Origin: an uncultured delta proteobacterium
Lineage (GTDB): Bacteria; Desulfobacterota; RBG-13-43-22
Reading direction: 5' to 3'
Length of the DNA: 64,000 nucleotides
Assembly (NCBI GenBank): GCA_963843145.1
Contig: CAWJJC010000010.1
Coordinates: 160,001 to 224,000 of the forward strand
Notes under the pieces: model-generated
What the model saw: only the letters and a program-made list of their open reading frames with translations
The model's database searches: none
What the model was told of the DNA's origin: nothing
Shown here: piece by piece, positions 40,679 through 51,305 of the stretch
How the letters are laid out: each line of letters begins with the position of its first letter
Numbering within the stretch: the first letter of the stretch is position 1
Program-made: the position numbers and the translations under genes

Positions 40679-41233
40679 ATGTTTTTAATCACTATTCTGG
40701 TACTGATCGTTGTCCTGGGTTTCCTGGTGATCGGCCCCTACAACGCCCTGGTCCGGGGAAGGAACGAGGTCAAAAACGCCTGGAGTTCGATCGACGTCCA
40801 GCTCAAGCGGCGCTATGATCTGATTCCCAATTTAATAGAAACGGTTAAGGGATATGCGGGCCACGAAAAAAAGACCCTGGAGGCGGTGGTCCAGGCCCGG
40901 CAGCAGGCCGTTAACTTTAGCGGGGGAGTGGAGGAACGGGCCCAGGTCGAAAATGTCCTGACCTCGGCCCTGCGTTCGCTCCTGGCCGTAGCCGAGGCCT
41001 ACCCGGACCTCAAGGCCAATCAAAACTTTCTGGCCCTGCAGGAGGAACTTTCCAACACCGAGAACAAAATCGGCTTCTCGCGACAGTACTATAACGATGC
41101 CGCCATGCGCTACAGGAACCGGGTGGAGATGTTCCCCAGCAATATCGTTGCCAATATTTTTGGTTTTCAGGCCGAGCCATTTTTTCAAGTGGAAGCCACC
41201 GCGGAACGCGTGGCTCCTCAAGTGAAATTTTAG
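40679..41233 (+). CDS. lemA: LemA family protein
   Basis: N-terminal TM, YNALV..AWS.IDVQLKRRYDLIPNL..EAYPDLKANQNF..ENKI..SRQYYN..FP.NI. Confidence 0.96.
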   Translation: MFLITILVLIVVLGFLVIGPYNALVRGRNEVKNAWSSIDVQLKRRYDLIPNLIETVKGYAGHEKKTLEAVVQARQQAVNFSGGVEERAQVENVLTSALRSLLAVAEAYPDLKANQNFLALQEELSNTENKIGFSRQYYNDAAMRYRNRVEMFPSNIVANIFGFQAEPFFQVEATAERVAPQVKF

Positions 41234-41250
41234 CCAGGAAAGGGATCCTC

Positions 41251-41520
41251 ATGGTTGAGACACTTCAGAATATCGGTTGGGCGGTGATTTTTTCAATAAT
41301 GGGCGGCCTGATCGGGATGGCGCTGGTCATCGCCTCATCGCTGATCCTGCCGTCGCTCATCGATCGCCTGACCCCCAACATTGACGAACAGAAGGAAATT
41401 GCCCGCGGCAATACCGCGGTGGGGGAATACTACGGGCGAGTCGTAGGCTCCGCCATCCTGGGGGTGAGCATCGTAGTTGCCGCCGCGGTATTGGGCGGGA
41501 TCCTCGCCGCCTTGCATTAA
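41251..41520 (+). CDS. Small two-TM membrane protein (DUF350-like)
   Basis: DRLTPNIDEQKEIARGNTAVG between two hydrophobic helices. Confidence 0.7.
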   Translation: MVETLQNIGWAVIFSIMGGLIGMALVIASSLILPSLIDRLTPNIDEQKEIARGNTAVGEYYGRVVGSAILGVSIVVAAAVLGGILAALH

Positions 41521-41550
41521 TCCTTTTTTTTGCCTCGACGAAAGGTGCCT

Positions 41551-44500
41551 ATGAAACGGCTTGTCGGACTGACGGCGTTGTTTCTCCATTTGCTCAGTCC
41601 CACCCTGTCCTGGGCCCGAGGCGGGGGCGGCTGCCTGGAAGAGGGCACCCCGATTCGGACCCCAAAGGGGTCGGTGGCCATTGAAAAGCTGGTGGTGGGC
41701 GACCCGGTCTGGAGTCTATCCGCCGGCCAACTGCGGGAGGCCAAAGTCCGGGCGGTTATCCGGGTGCTCCCCCAAGAGATCCTGGAGATATCCGCCAGGG
41801 AGACCCGGTTACGGGTCACCCCCGAACATCCGCTGCTGGTGGCCCCCGGAACGTATCGCCAGGCAGGTTCCCTTTTCCCGGGGGATACGGTTTTCCTTTT
41901 CAGGGCTGGAGCGCTGAAGGCCGAGACGGTCCGGTCCATTGAACACCGGATAGCGAAACGCCCGGCGTATAATCTCTTGGTCAGCCCGGGCGGGACCTTT
42001 CTTTCCGGGGACCTGGTCCTGCACAATAAGGGCTGCTTCCTGCCCGATAGCCCGATCCTGCGGACGGACGGGACGGAGGTGATGATCAGTGCCGTGAAAC
42101 CGGGCGATGCCCTTTGGGCCTTCACGCCGGGCGGACACCTGGTACCCACCCGCACCCGGTCCGTGATTCGCCTCGAAGCGGATGAGTATGTCCTGATGAA
42201 GACCGATCGGGTCACGCTGCGGGTAACCCCGGAGCATCCTTTCTACGTCGGCCGGGGAACCTTCAAGACAGTCGAAGCCCTCAAACCGGGGGATACCGTC
42301 CTGGCTTTTGACGGGAAATGGCTGGCCAAACAGCATATTGTTTCCCTGGAGAGGGTCCGGGAACGGGTTTCGGTCTATAATCTCCAAACCGATCGGCCTC
42401 ATACCTTTTTCGTCAGCGGGGTGGCTGTCCACAATAAGGGCGGAGGATGTTTCCCGGCCGGAACCGGGATTGCCACTCCCCAGGGAGAGCGGTTCATCGA
42501 AGAATTGGCTGCCGGAGACGAAGTCCTTGTCCGTAGACCCGGAAGGGCGGACGGTTCGGAGCCGGGTGAAAACCATCCTGGTGAATAAAAGCCCCCTGCT
42601 GAAAATTAAGACCGCCAGGGGTTTCCTGCTGGCCACCGAGGACCACCCGATACGCGTGGGGAAAGATAGGTTTCGGCCGGCGGGGGATCTCCGCCCGGGA
42701 GAGCAAATCACCCGCTGGAATGAGGGCCGCCTGGCCGCCGACACGGTTCGGAGGATAGACTCCGGGCTTAAGGAAGGACTCGTCTTTAATCTCGAAGTTA
42801 CCGGTCCCCATACCTTCATTGCCGGCGGCGTCGTCGTTCACAATAAGGGGGGTGGTTGCCTTCCGGCGGGAACTCCCATCCAAACCCCTAAGGGTCAAAC
42901 CGCGATTGAAGAGCTGGCCCCAGGAAGCCCGGTACTGTCCGTTGATCCCGAAGGCCGGGTTATCCCTACCCACGTTGAGAAGATTTATAAGACCCGGGCA
43001 CTGCTTATCGAAGTCGTCACGGATGCCGGGTCCTTGCGAACCACTTCCGACCACCCGGTGGGCAGTCCCGGCGGGGCGTTCGTTCCCGCCGGGCGGCTGC
43101 GGCCGGGCCGGGAAGTGCTCTTCTGGAAGGACGGGGTTCTCCGAACGACCCGCGTCAAGCGGATCGTTTGGGAAGAGCACCCGCAACCGGTCTACAACCT
43201 CAGCGTAGGCTGGCCGAACACGTTTCTGGCCTCGGGGTTTCTGGCCCACAACAAGGGAGGGGGAGGATCCAGAAGCTCAAGTTCCGGTTCTTCCCACGGG
43301 AGGAGCGGCGGCAGCACGCTCCACCTGGGAGGATCTGATCCTTTCTTTCTTTTTTATCGTCTTCATTTTTATTCTTGTTCGTGATCGTCTTTGTCGCGAT
43401 CGCTTCCAAAGCTTTCCAAGAAAAAGAGCGAAAATCTCGACTTCGTTTACAGCCGCAATCAGATCGATCCCAAGGCACAAAAGACCGAGAAACTGTTGGC
43501 CTTCCTCAGCCGTCAGGATTCCTCCGTCTCCCCGGAAACGCTGCGCGATCAGGCGAAGGCCACGTTCCTCAAACTGCAGGAATGCTGGGGTAAACGGGAA
43601 TACGGGCCCATGGGGGCGCTGCTGGTACCGGACCTCTATACCCAGCACACGGCCCAGCTCCAGGGCTTGGCCCGGAACCACGAGATCAATCGGATCGACG
43701 ATCTGACAGTGGAGCGGATCGATCTGGTGAATGTCCGCTATACCGAAAAGGGGAATCAACGGGAGTTCACCGCTCTGATTACCGCTTCGGCCCGGGATTA
43801 TTATCTGGACGACCGCTCGGGAAAATTCCTCCGGGGCGATCGGACCCCGGCGCGTTTTCAGGAGTTCTGGACCTTCCAGTTGATGAACGGACGTTGGCTG
43901 CTGCGGGAGATCGAGCAGGCGGGGGAAGCGGATATCCTCAAGGATGACAACTTCGCCGAGATGCTGACCGAAGAAACGCTGAAGGGGATTTACGGAGAAG
44001 CATCCGTCCCCACAGGGGAAGCGGGGCCCTGGCTGGAGAAAGAGGTGGAACAGAAGGCCGGTCGCACCGACCGCTTGTTGAATTTTCTATCCCAGACCGA
44101 CAAGCTCTGGAATCGAAACCAGATGCTCGAACGGGCTCGTCAGGTTTTCCTGGATGTCTACCTGGCCCGGGAAACAGGCGATCCGGCCCGGGTCGCGGCC
44201 GACGACCTCTTTCCGAAGGTGGCCGAGGATTTGAAGACCCAGGTGGCTTACTGGAAGAATGAGGGCGTCGTCGTCGAATACCGGAATCTTTGTGTGCGCA
44301 AGGTGGAGCTGCTCCTGGTTCGTAATTCGGGGACAACACCCGGGATGAATATACGGTGCGGGTCAGCGCGCATGCCCAGCGGATGATCCGCAAAGGTGAC
44401 CAGTCCTTGAGCGCCCAGGACTACGTCACGCCCTTTGAAGAGTACTGGACTTTCGGCCGCCTGGAGGGACAGTGGAAACTGAAGGAAGTATTGCCTCCGG

Positions 44501-44595
44501 GCCAGGGGAAAAAGGCTGTTGGCCTGGAAAACGTGGACGAAGACAGCAACCCCGGGCAGCTCCAATGGTATTACCGGCAGCCCCGCGTCCGTTAG
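41551..44595 (+). CDS. Signal peptide - 4x tandem Hint (BIL/intein-like) - Gly/Ser linker - TM - 2x Tim44-like protein; frameshifts at ~42527, ~43320-43415 (several) and ~44330
   Basis: Hint1 41632-42027, Hint2 42034-42435, Hint3 42448-42844, Hint4 42857-43252, each C..TxxHP..(Y/F)NL..HN; Tim44-type ends FQEFWTF..WLL.EI and FEEYWTF..WKL.EV. Confidence 0.85.
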
Positions 44596-44707
44596 GGTGG
44601 TAGGCACATGGAATAAATGGCGTTTCGCCCTTTCGAACGGGTACCTCCTCCAAAAGGGCGAAGTGATTAGTTATAAACGGTCTCCAAAGAGTACCCACAT
44701 CGTATCG

Positions 44708-44792
44708 CGTCATTCCCGCAGCGCTTTTGAGCGGGAATCCAGGTTTTTCTCATGAAACACTGGATCCCCGATAAAGACATTCGGGGCTGACG
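44708..44792. repeat. REP/RPE-like double-hairpin element, family C
   Basis: CGTCATTCCCGC..GCGGGAATCC..GGATCCCCG..CGGGGCTGACG; inverted copies at 58614-58698 and 62226-62310, short form at 4956-4990. Confidence 0.8.
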
Positions 44793-44860
44793 AGAAATCA
44801 GAAGTAAAAACAATAAAGAGCCTGTTAATAAGTCCGGAATAGCCTTCTTTCAATGTTGAC

Positions 44861-44988
44861 AGGTTTGCAAAAAGTCCCGAACTGTCATCCTGAACAAAGT
44901 GAAGGATCTCGGATCTAGATGAAAAAACAAGATTCTTCGCATTCGCTTAGAATGACAAACTCTCTCTGACAGACTTTTTGCAAAACCA
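44861..44988. repeat. Nested palindromic element
   Basis: Outer IR GGTTTGCAAAAAGTC / GACTTTTTGCAAAACC around an inner TGTCATCCTGA..AGAATGACA element. Confidence 0.6.
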
Positions 44989-47900
44989 TTAATGCTCGAT
45001 CAAAGGCAAGTACAAATGCAACTTGCCATCAAAAGGGATATACTGAGGGGTCAGCACATCGAGGACGACTCCGCCCAGCAGTTGCGCGCCCGCGTAGCCC
45101 TCCACGGCAATCCGAGGTTTCCGGCCCTGGGAGATCGGAGATCCCGCCGCTATCTGCACGGTCACGGGGACCTGTTCACCCGGTACCAGGGTCGCCTGGG
45201 CGGGCGAGACCGTCACCATCCAGTCCGCGGGGAGGTCGATTCTACGATAACGCACATCGATAACGGCCGTCGCACTCCCCGGGTTGCTCACCGGGAAGGT
45301 TTCCGTGGTCTGATAGACCTGCACCATGGTGTTTCCACTCGCGGCCGCACCGATCGACGCCAACGCGGCGCCGGCCGAACCGGCGGTCACGGTCGGGACG
45401 AAGACCACGGGATGCAGGAACAGTTCGCTGACCTGCCGGAAGCTCGCCGAAAGATCCTGCAGCTTGGTGCGCGGGCTCTCGCCCAGGAGGGTGGGATCGG
45501 CCGCGATCAACTGCTGACGGCGGTTTTCAATCTGCGCGTCGCTGAACCCGGCGGCGTGGTAGTCATTGATATCGTCGGCGCTGAAGCCCGTCGTTTTCAA
45601 CTGGTCCTGGTAGGCGAGGACGGCGTCGAGCGGGATCGGGTTGTCGGGTACGGCCTCGCTGACCAGCAGGTTGGTGAAGGCGTCCACCTTGTCGGCGGCG
45701 GCCGCCAGGGAGGAAGCCAGGCGCAGTTTAAAGTACAGAAAGGCGTTCGCCTGGATGGAGGCCCACTGGAGGGAGTTGGCCTCCGACGCCCCGCCGTTGC
45801 GGTCGATTGAAACGGCGGCCCCGCCGCCGTCATAGACGAGATCCGCCAGGGCATTGGCCAGATCATTAAACGCCGCGGCCTCGGCCGGGGTTACCCCGGT
45901 CGTCGGGGTCGCGGTGATGATGGCCAGCCGGGCCGGGATTGTCACGGCCCGGTAATCCTGGCTGGGCGGGTCGCCGGTAAGAGAATTGGAAATATCCTGC
46001 GCCAGCGACAGCAGCATGTCGATCATGTGTCGGGCCAACCTGAGCGGGATTTTGAAGGGGGTCGTGTCAAAGGCTTTGTCGATAAAGGAGTTCATCTTCT
46101 CAAGGGAGTTCTTCGTCTTCTGCAGGCCCGATTTTTGCGGCGGGCTGACCAGTCCCGGTTGATAGATCTTGAGATTGCGCTGCCTCCGCCCCGAGGATCC
46201 CGCTAACAGCCGCGCGTTCAAGGCTCCCGAGCCGACTGAAGTGATACTGTACTGCACTTCGAAGCAATAGTGACCGGAAACCACCGGCGTCCACGGCAGG
46301 CTGAAGGTGCGCGTGCTGCCGGCCGGGATGACTTCGCCCGTAAAGGTCCCCAGGGGACCGAAGACCAGGCCGACCCCGGATTGGACAAAACCGAAGGTCA
46401 GGTCCACGGTGACGGGCTGGGGCAGCGGATTGGTCAGCGACGCACTGACCGTGGCCGGGACGCCCTGGATGGCCGGCAGCGGGGTCACGTCGATATCGTT
46501 GCCCAAATAGGGAGCCGGGGAATTGGGGAACAGTTCAGTCAGGTTGAGCGGGGTGGTGAAGGTGATTTTCGATTGGGGTGACATGGCGTATTCGCAGGCG
46601 CTGGCGGCATCCAACGTGGCCGTCACCAGGGCATCCCCGGTTCCGGCCGAGAGAAGGTAAGCCAGCGTTTTTCCGGTAATATCGGTTATGCCGCCATCGG
46701 TCACGGTCCCCAGATTCGATTTAAGCTTGACGGTGCGTCCGGGAAGGGGCGCGCCGTTGCCGTCGGTCAGGGTGAGGTCAAAATAGACCTTGGTCAGGTT
46801 ATCCGCCGGGGCAAACCAGCGCCGCGGCGTGAGGGTGATGACTGGAGCGTTGCTGAGGGGAAAGTCCACGTTGGCCACGGTGCTGGTGAGGAAGGGGACG
46901 AACAGCACCCCGGCCGTGACGTTATCGCCCGCGCCCGTCCCGCAGGCCGGCGCCAGGTCGGAATGGGGCCCGGTGGGGTCGCCCCACCAGTTGTTGGTGG
47001 CCAGGACGGCGGAGTTGGTGGTCGCGTTGCGCACACCGTACAGGGCGTTACCGGTAATCTGGCTTTCCAGGACCGATCCGCCGGCGTTGCTGTCGAAGCG
47101 CACCCCGTCCTTGGAGCTGTTGCGGATGATGCTGTGCCGGGCCACCAGCATCCCGTTCGAGAGATAGATATTGGCCCCCAGGCGTCGCTCCCCCCGTACT
47201 CGACCGTGGTGTACTCCAGTTGGGCCGTCGCCGGCTGCGTTCCGCCGAAAACCACCAGCCCGCGCCAGGAACCGGGACTTTGGGTCTGACCGGTCAACAG
47301 CACCGGCTCGGTGGCCGTCCCCATTACCTGGAGGCCCCCGCCGATCGCCAGAAACCCTGTGGCGGTGAACTTCAAGGTGCTGCCCGCTTCGATGGTCAAG
47401 GTATTGCCCAAGAGGTTGGCCACCCCCGAGTCTATCAGATAGGGAATGCCCGGATTGGCCCAGTGCCGTTGGCCGGTTACGGTGGTCACCGTGGACACCA
47501 GCACGGCATTGCTCCCATTACCGCCGGCAGTTAGGCTGCTCAGCTTAAGGTCCCCTGAGGGTGCGTTGAACTGGAGCGCATTTTGACCGTTGCCGGTAAA
47601 GCTGGAGGAGCGGATTTCGAAGCCGCTTCGGTAAGTGCCATAGACGCCGTTTCCGGCGCTGCTGTTGATCGCCGAGTGTAAAATGGTGAGCACGGCCCGG
47701 TCCGCGTAGACGGCCGCCCCGAAGGAACCGCTGATTCCGCCATACTCGATGGTCGCATACTCGAAGGTTGCGGAAGCGTTGGGCGCCCCATCCACGTTGA
47801 TCCCTCCCCATGAACCGGGGGATGCGGTCACGCCGGTAAAAGTAATCGGGTTGGCGGGTGACCCGATCGCCACCAGGTTGCCCTGAACATAGAGTGTGCC

Positions 47901-48152
47901 TGGAGCGGTGAATTGTACGGTCACACCCGGATCGATGGTTAGCGTGACCCCACCGGGGATCGTGGCCCCGCCCGCGCAGACATCGTAGGGACTACCGGCT
48001 GGAGTCCAGGTGGTGGTGACGAGCGATCCGCAGATGGCAGTCGGTGCTGCCTGGGCGGTTTGAATCATTTGGAGATGTTCGATCAAGAAGCATCCGATCA
48101 GGACCAGGATACCCAAGAAACAAGCCTTTAATCCAGTCATAAAATGAACCAC
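44989..48152 (-). CDS. Large secreted protein (right-handed beta-helix, Big_1/Ig-like, helical and Ig domains) ending in LYLPLI; frameshift at ~47170
   Basis: Signal peptide; TWTPAGSPY, TLTIDPG, PGSWGGI/PGSWRGL, NNWWGD..GP; ORFs 46794-48152 and 44989-47151 join. Confidence 0.75.
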
Positions 48153-48794
48153 CTCAACTTCGCCTGAAATAAAGAGTGCGATCCTCTTATGTAGGTTGAG
48201 CTATTCACCAGGGGAATTCTCCCGGGCAGCATTATTAGCCCGGAGGTCTCCATTCCTATCCTCTACGCTTGTCCGGTATAATTTTATGCATTGAATAAAA
48301 AAGGATAAATAGGGTAAATACTGCATTTTTAAGATGGAAACACAGTATTTTATGAAACAGGTTAGCCCCTAGTAATCCGGGAGGTAGCCTCCGGATAAAC
48401 TGGAACAGAGCCGACAGATGCGCTTTCGAGGAATATATGCGCGGACTGGCGCGGCCGGATGCTGCCGGGGCCCTCTTTTAGGTCATGGGCCGGAAGATTG
48501 AGGCTGGTTAGGATATTTAGAAGGAAATTAGGCCGGGGAGAACTTCCTCGCGGATAATGGAAAGCCAAAGGCAAAGGGCCGAAAGAGACCGCAAGTCGTT
48601 TAGCGCCGGAAAGATTATCCGTCCCCTACACCAGCCGGGACCATTCATCCGGTCGGCCTGACGAAATGGAATGTATTTCTTCTAAATTCCATGCAGAGGG
48701 GTCCCGGCCTCAACCTGCCCCGGCGCCTCATCACGGATCAGCTTCTCACTTTTCTCCTCCGCGGCCCGGCCCACACGCATTGGTCCTTTCGTTA

Positions 48795-49502
48795 CTATCG
48801 ATTGGCTACACCCAACCATTTTTCCAGTAGGCCGGGGTCGTCGGACAACGCGGCGCTGGAGCCAAAATGAACGATCCGTCCCCGCTCCAGTATTATCGCT
48901 TTATCGGTCAGTGGGAGTATTTGGCGGGCATGCTGCTCGACCAGGACTACCGCCATGCCGCCGGCTTGCATCATGGTTTGGACCGCGGCCAGCACCTCCT
49001 GGACGACAATGGGCGCCAGCCCTTCCAGCGGTTCGTCGAGCAACAGGAGCAGAGGATTAAGGACCAAGGCCCGGCCGATGGCTAACATTTGCTGTTCGCC
49101 CCCTGAAAGTTGATTGCCGAAATTGCGCCGTGCCGCCTGCAGACGCGGGAATAGTTTGAACACGTCTCCCGGCGTCCAGGGACCCGGACGGGCCACCGCC
49201 GTCAGGTTTTCCTCGACGGTCAGCGAAGGAAAGATATCCCGTTCCTGGGGAACCCAGCCTAAGCCGGCCGCGGCCCGCTTGTGGCTCGGGACAAAAGTAA
49301 TTTCCCGACCGCCAAACCAGATCTGTCCGCCATGGACCTGGGTGGCGCCCATGAGGGTCGCCACCAGGGTGGTCTTGCCCATGCCGTTGCGGCCGAGAAC
49401 GGCCACCGCCTCGCCCTCGGCCAGGGTCAACGACAGGGCCGAAAGCACCACGGACTGACCATACCCGGCGGAAAGGTCCTGGAGGCGTAACAGGTCACCC
49501 AT
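48795..49502 (-). CDS. livF: LIV-type ABC ATPase
   Basis: GRNGMGKT, LSGGEQQMLAIGRAL, LDEP. Confidence 0.9.
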   Translation of the reverse strand: MGDLLRLQDLSAGYGQSVVLSALSLTLAEGEAVAVLGRNGMGKTTLVATLMGATQVHGGQIWFGGREITFVPSHKRAAAGLGWVPQERDIFPSLTVEENLTAVARPGPWTPGDVFKLFPRLQAARRNFGNQLSGGEQQMLAIGRALVLNPLLLLLDEPLEGLAPIVVQEVLAAVQTMMQAGGMAVVLVEQHARQILPLTDKAIILERGRIVHFGSSAALSDDPGLLEKWLGVANR

Positions 49503-50247
49503 AGGCCGCCTCCCCTAAATAGACCTTGCGCACCCGGGCGTCGGAGGCAATCACCTCGGGCGGGCCCTCGACGAGGACCGCCCCGGCGACCAGCACGGTA
49601 ATCCGGCGGGCAAAGCGGAAGACCAGATCCATGTCGTGCTCGATCAGCAACACCGCGACGGTGCTGGGCAGTTCGGCCAGGGTGCTATAAAGTTCAACCC
49701 CCTCCCCTTCGGGGATGCCGGCAGCCGGCTCGTCGAGCAGAAGCACGCGCGGGTGAAGGGCCAGGGCCAGGGCAATCTCGATCATTCGCTGCCGTCCGTA
49801 AGGCAAAGTCTTAGTGGGCCGGTGGGCACAATCGAGCAGGTGCAGACGATCCAAAAGCTCGGCGGCTTCGTCGATCGTTTCCGTATCCCCGGCCAGGCGA
49901 GACCACCAGCGGGCCGTGGTGCCACGCCGTTGGGCCACGGCTAAGGCGACACTTTCCAGGGGTGTCAGGCCCGGAAAAAGTTGATTGACCTGGAAAGTGC
50001 GTACGAGCCCGTGGGAGACCCGCTGATGTTGGGCTACTTCAGTGATGTCGACGCCGTTTAGGATCACCTTTCCGGCGTCCGGCCGGAGAACGCCGGTCAA
50101 TAGGTTGACCAGAGTGGTCTTGCCGGCACCGTTGGGACCGATCAGCGCCTGGCGAGCGCCCTGTTCGACTGTCAGGGAAATGTCATGGGCGACCATCAAA
50201 CCGCCGAATTGCTTTCTGAGACCCTTGGTTTCCAAAGCCGACTGCAT
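49495..50247 (-). CDS. livG: LIV-type ABC ATPase
   Basis: KQFGGL, GPNGAGKT, RTFQ, LPYG, DEPAAG, IEHDM, VYLG; ATG at 50247. Confidence 0.9.
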   Translation of the reverse strand: MQSALETKGLRKQFGGLMVAHDISLTVEQGARQALIGPNGAGKTTLVNLLTGVLRPDAGKVILNGVDITEVAQHQRVSHGLVRTFQVNQLFPGLTPLESVALAVAQRRGTTARWWSRLAGDTETIDEAAELLDRLHLLDCAHRPTKTLPYGRQRMIEIALALALHPRVLLLDEPAAGIPEGEGVELYSTLAELPSTVAVLLIEHDMDLVFRFARRITVLVAGAVLVEGPPEVIASDARVRKVYLGEAAYG

Positions 50248-50249
50248 CT

Positions 50250-51305
50250 TCAATCTCCCGGGTGCCCGGCTTCGCCCGGCCCAGGCCGATGCAGAAAGGA
50301 CAGGCCCCTTGAGGCCAGTCCCATGAGTCCACCCCGGGCCAGGAAGACGAGGGCGATGAAGGCAATTCCGATCCAAAACTGCCAGTATTCGGGGCTGATG
50401 TCGGAGAGCCAATACTGGGCGACGATCAGCGCCAGGCTTCCCACCAGGCCGCCGTAAAGCGTACCGGCTCCCCCGAGCACAACGACCAACAGTACCTCGG
50501 CCGATTTCCCGAAGGAGAGCACGTCGAGGGAGACGAATTGCGTGGTCTGTGTCAGGAGGGCCCCGGCGATGCCGGCCAGGGCGGCCCCCAGGGTATACAC
50601 GACCACCAGACGCCGGACCACGGGGGTGCCCAGGGCATGCATGCGTCGTTCATTTTCCTTGATGCCGCGCAAGGCCAGGCCGAAAGGAGAATGGACGAAG
50701 CGCCGGACCAGAAGAAACGAAAGGAAGAGAACGATCAGGCTGTAGAGGTACGCCGTGCGACCGTACAGACCGAAACCCCAGATCCCCAAGATGGGCCGGA
50801 CCGTTACCCCCTGAAGTCCATCGGCGCCGCCGGTGAGCCCATGCAGCTTATTGGCCAACTCCAGCAACATGAGGCAGATACCGAGGGTCACCATAAGCCG
50901 GGTGAGATCCGAGCCGCGCAGGACCAGGAAGCTGGTGGCAAAACCGACAAGGGCGGCCGCCAGACCCCCGATCACCAGCCCGCTGAGGGGTTCGCCCCAG
51001 CCCTGCTGGGCCAAGATCCCGGCCGCGTAGCCTCCCAGTCCGAAAAAGGCCGCGTGTCCCAGCGAAATGATGCCGGCATAACCGAGAATAAGGTCGAGGG
51101 AGAGGGCAAAGAGGCCCATAATGGCCACACGACTCAGCAGGACCAGTTGCCGCGGAAAGAGGAAGTAAGCGGCTATCGTCAGAACCCAGAAGACGATCTC
51201 CAGGGGTCGCCAGGAAGCCGCGGCCTGAAGAGGCGCGGCTGCGGTCCGATACCGAATTCGGCGGCTCTGCGCCAGGGGCGACTCCCTGGGGTCTGAACCG
51301 GTCAA
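50250..51305 (-). CDS. livM: LIV-type ABC permease
   Basis: GYAGIISLGHAAFFG, TGGADGL, SPFG..L.GI.ENE, LGG.GT. Confidence 0.9.
   Translation of the reverse strand: MTGSDPRESPLAQSRRIRYRTAAAPLQAAASWRPLEIVFWVLTIAAYFLFPRQLVLLSRVAIMGLFALSLDLILGYAGIISLGHAAFFGLGGYAAGILAQQGWGEPLSGLVIGGLAAALVGFATSFLVLRGSDLTRLMVTLGICLMLLELANKLHGLTGGADGLQGVTVRPILGIWGFGLYGRTAYLYSLIVLFLSFLLVRRFVHSPFGLALRGIKENERRMHALGTPVVRRLVVVYTLGAALAGIAGALLTQTTQFVSLDVLSFGKSAEVLLVVVLGGAGTLYGGLVGSLALIVAQYWLSDISPEYWQFWIGIAFIALVFLARGGLMGLASRGLSFLHRPGPGEAGHPGD

Noticed and set aside
41632-43252. Canonical selfish inteins or a polymorphic toxin
   Set aside because: No Cys/Ser/Thr at +1, no homing endonuclease, no conserved host enzyme, and no toxin domain or immunity gene; the C-terminus is TM plus Tim44-like.
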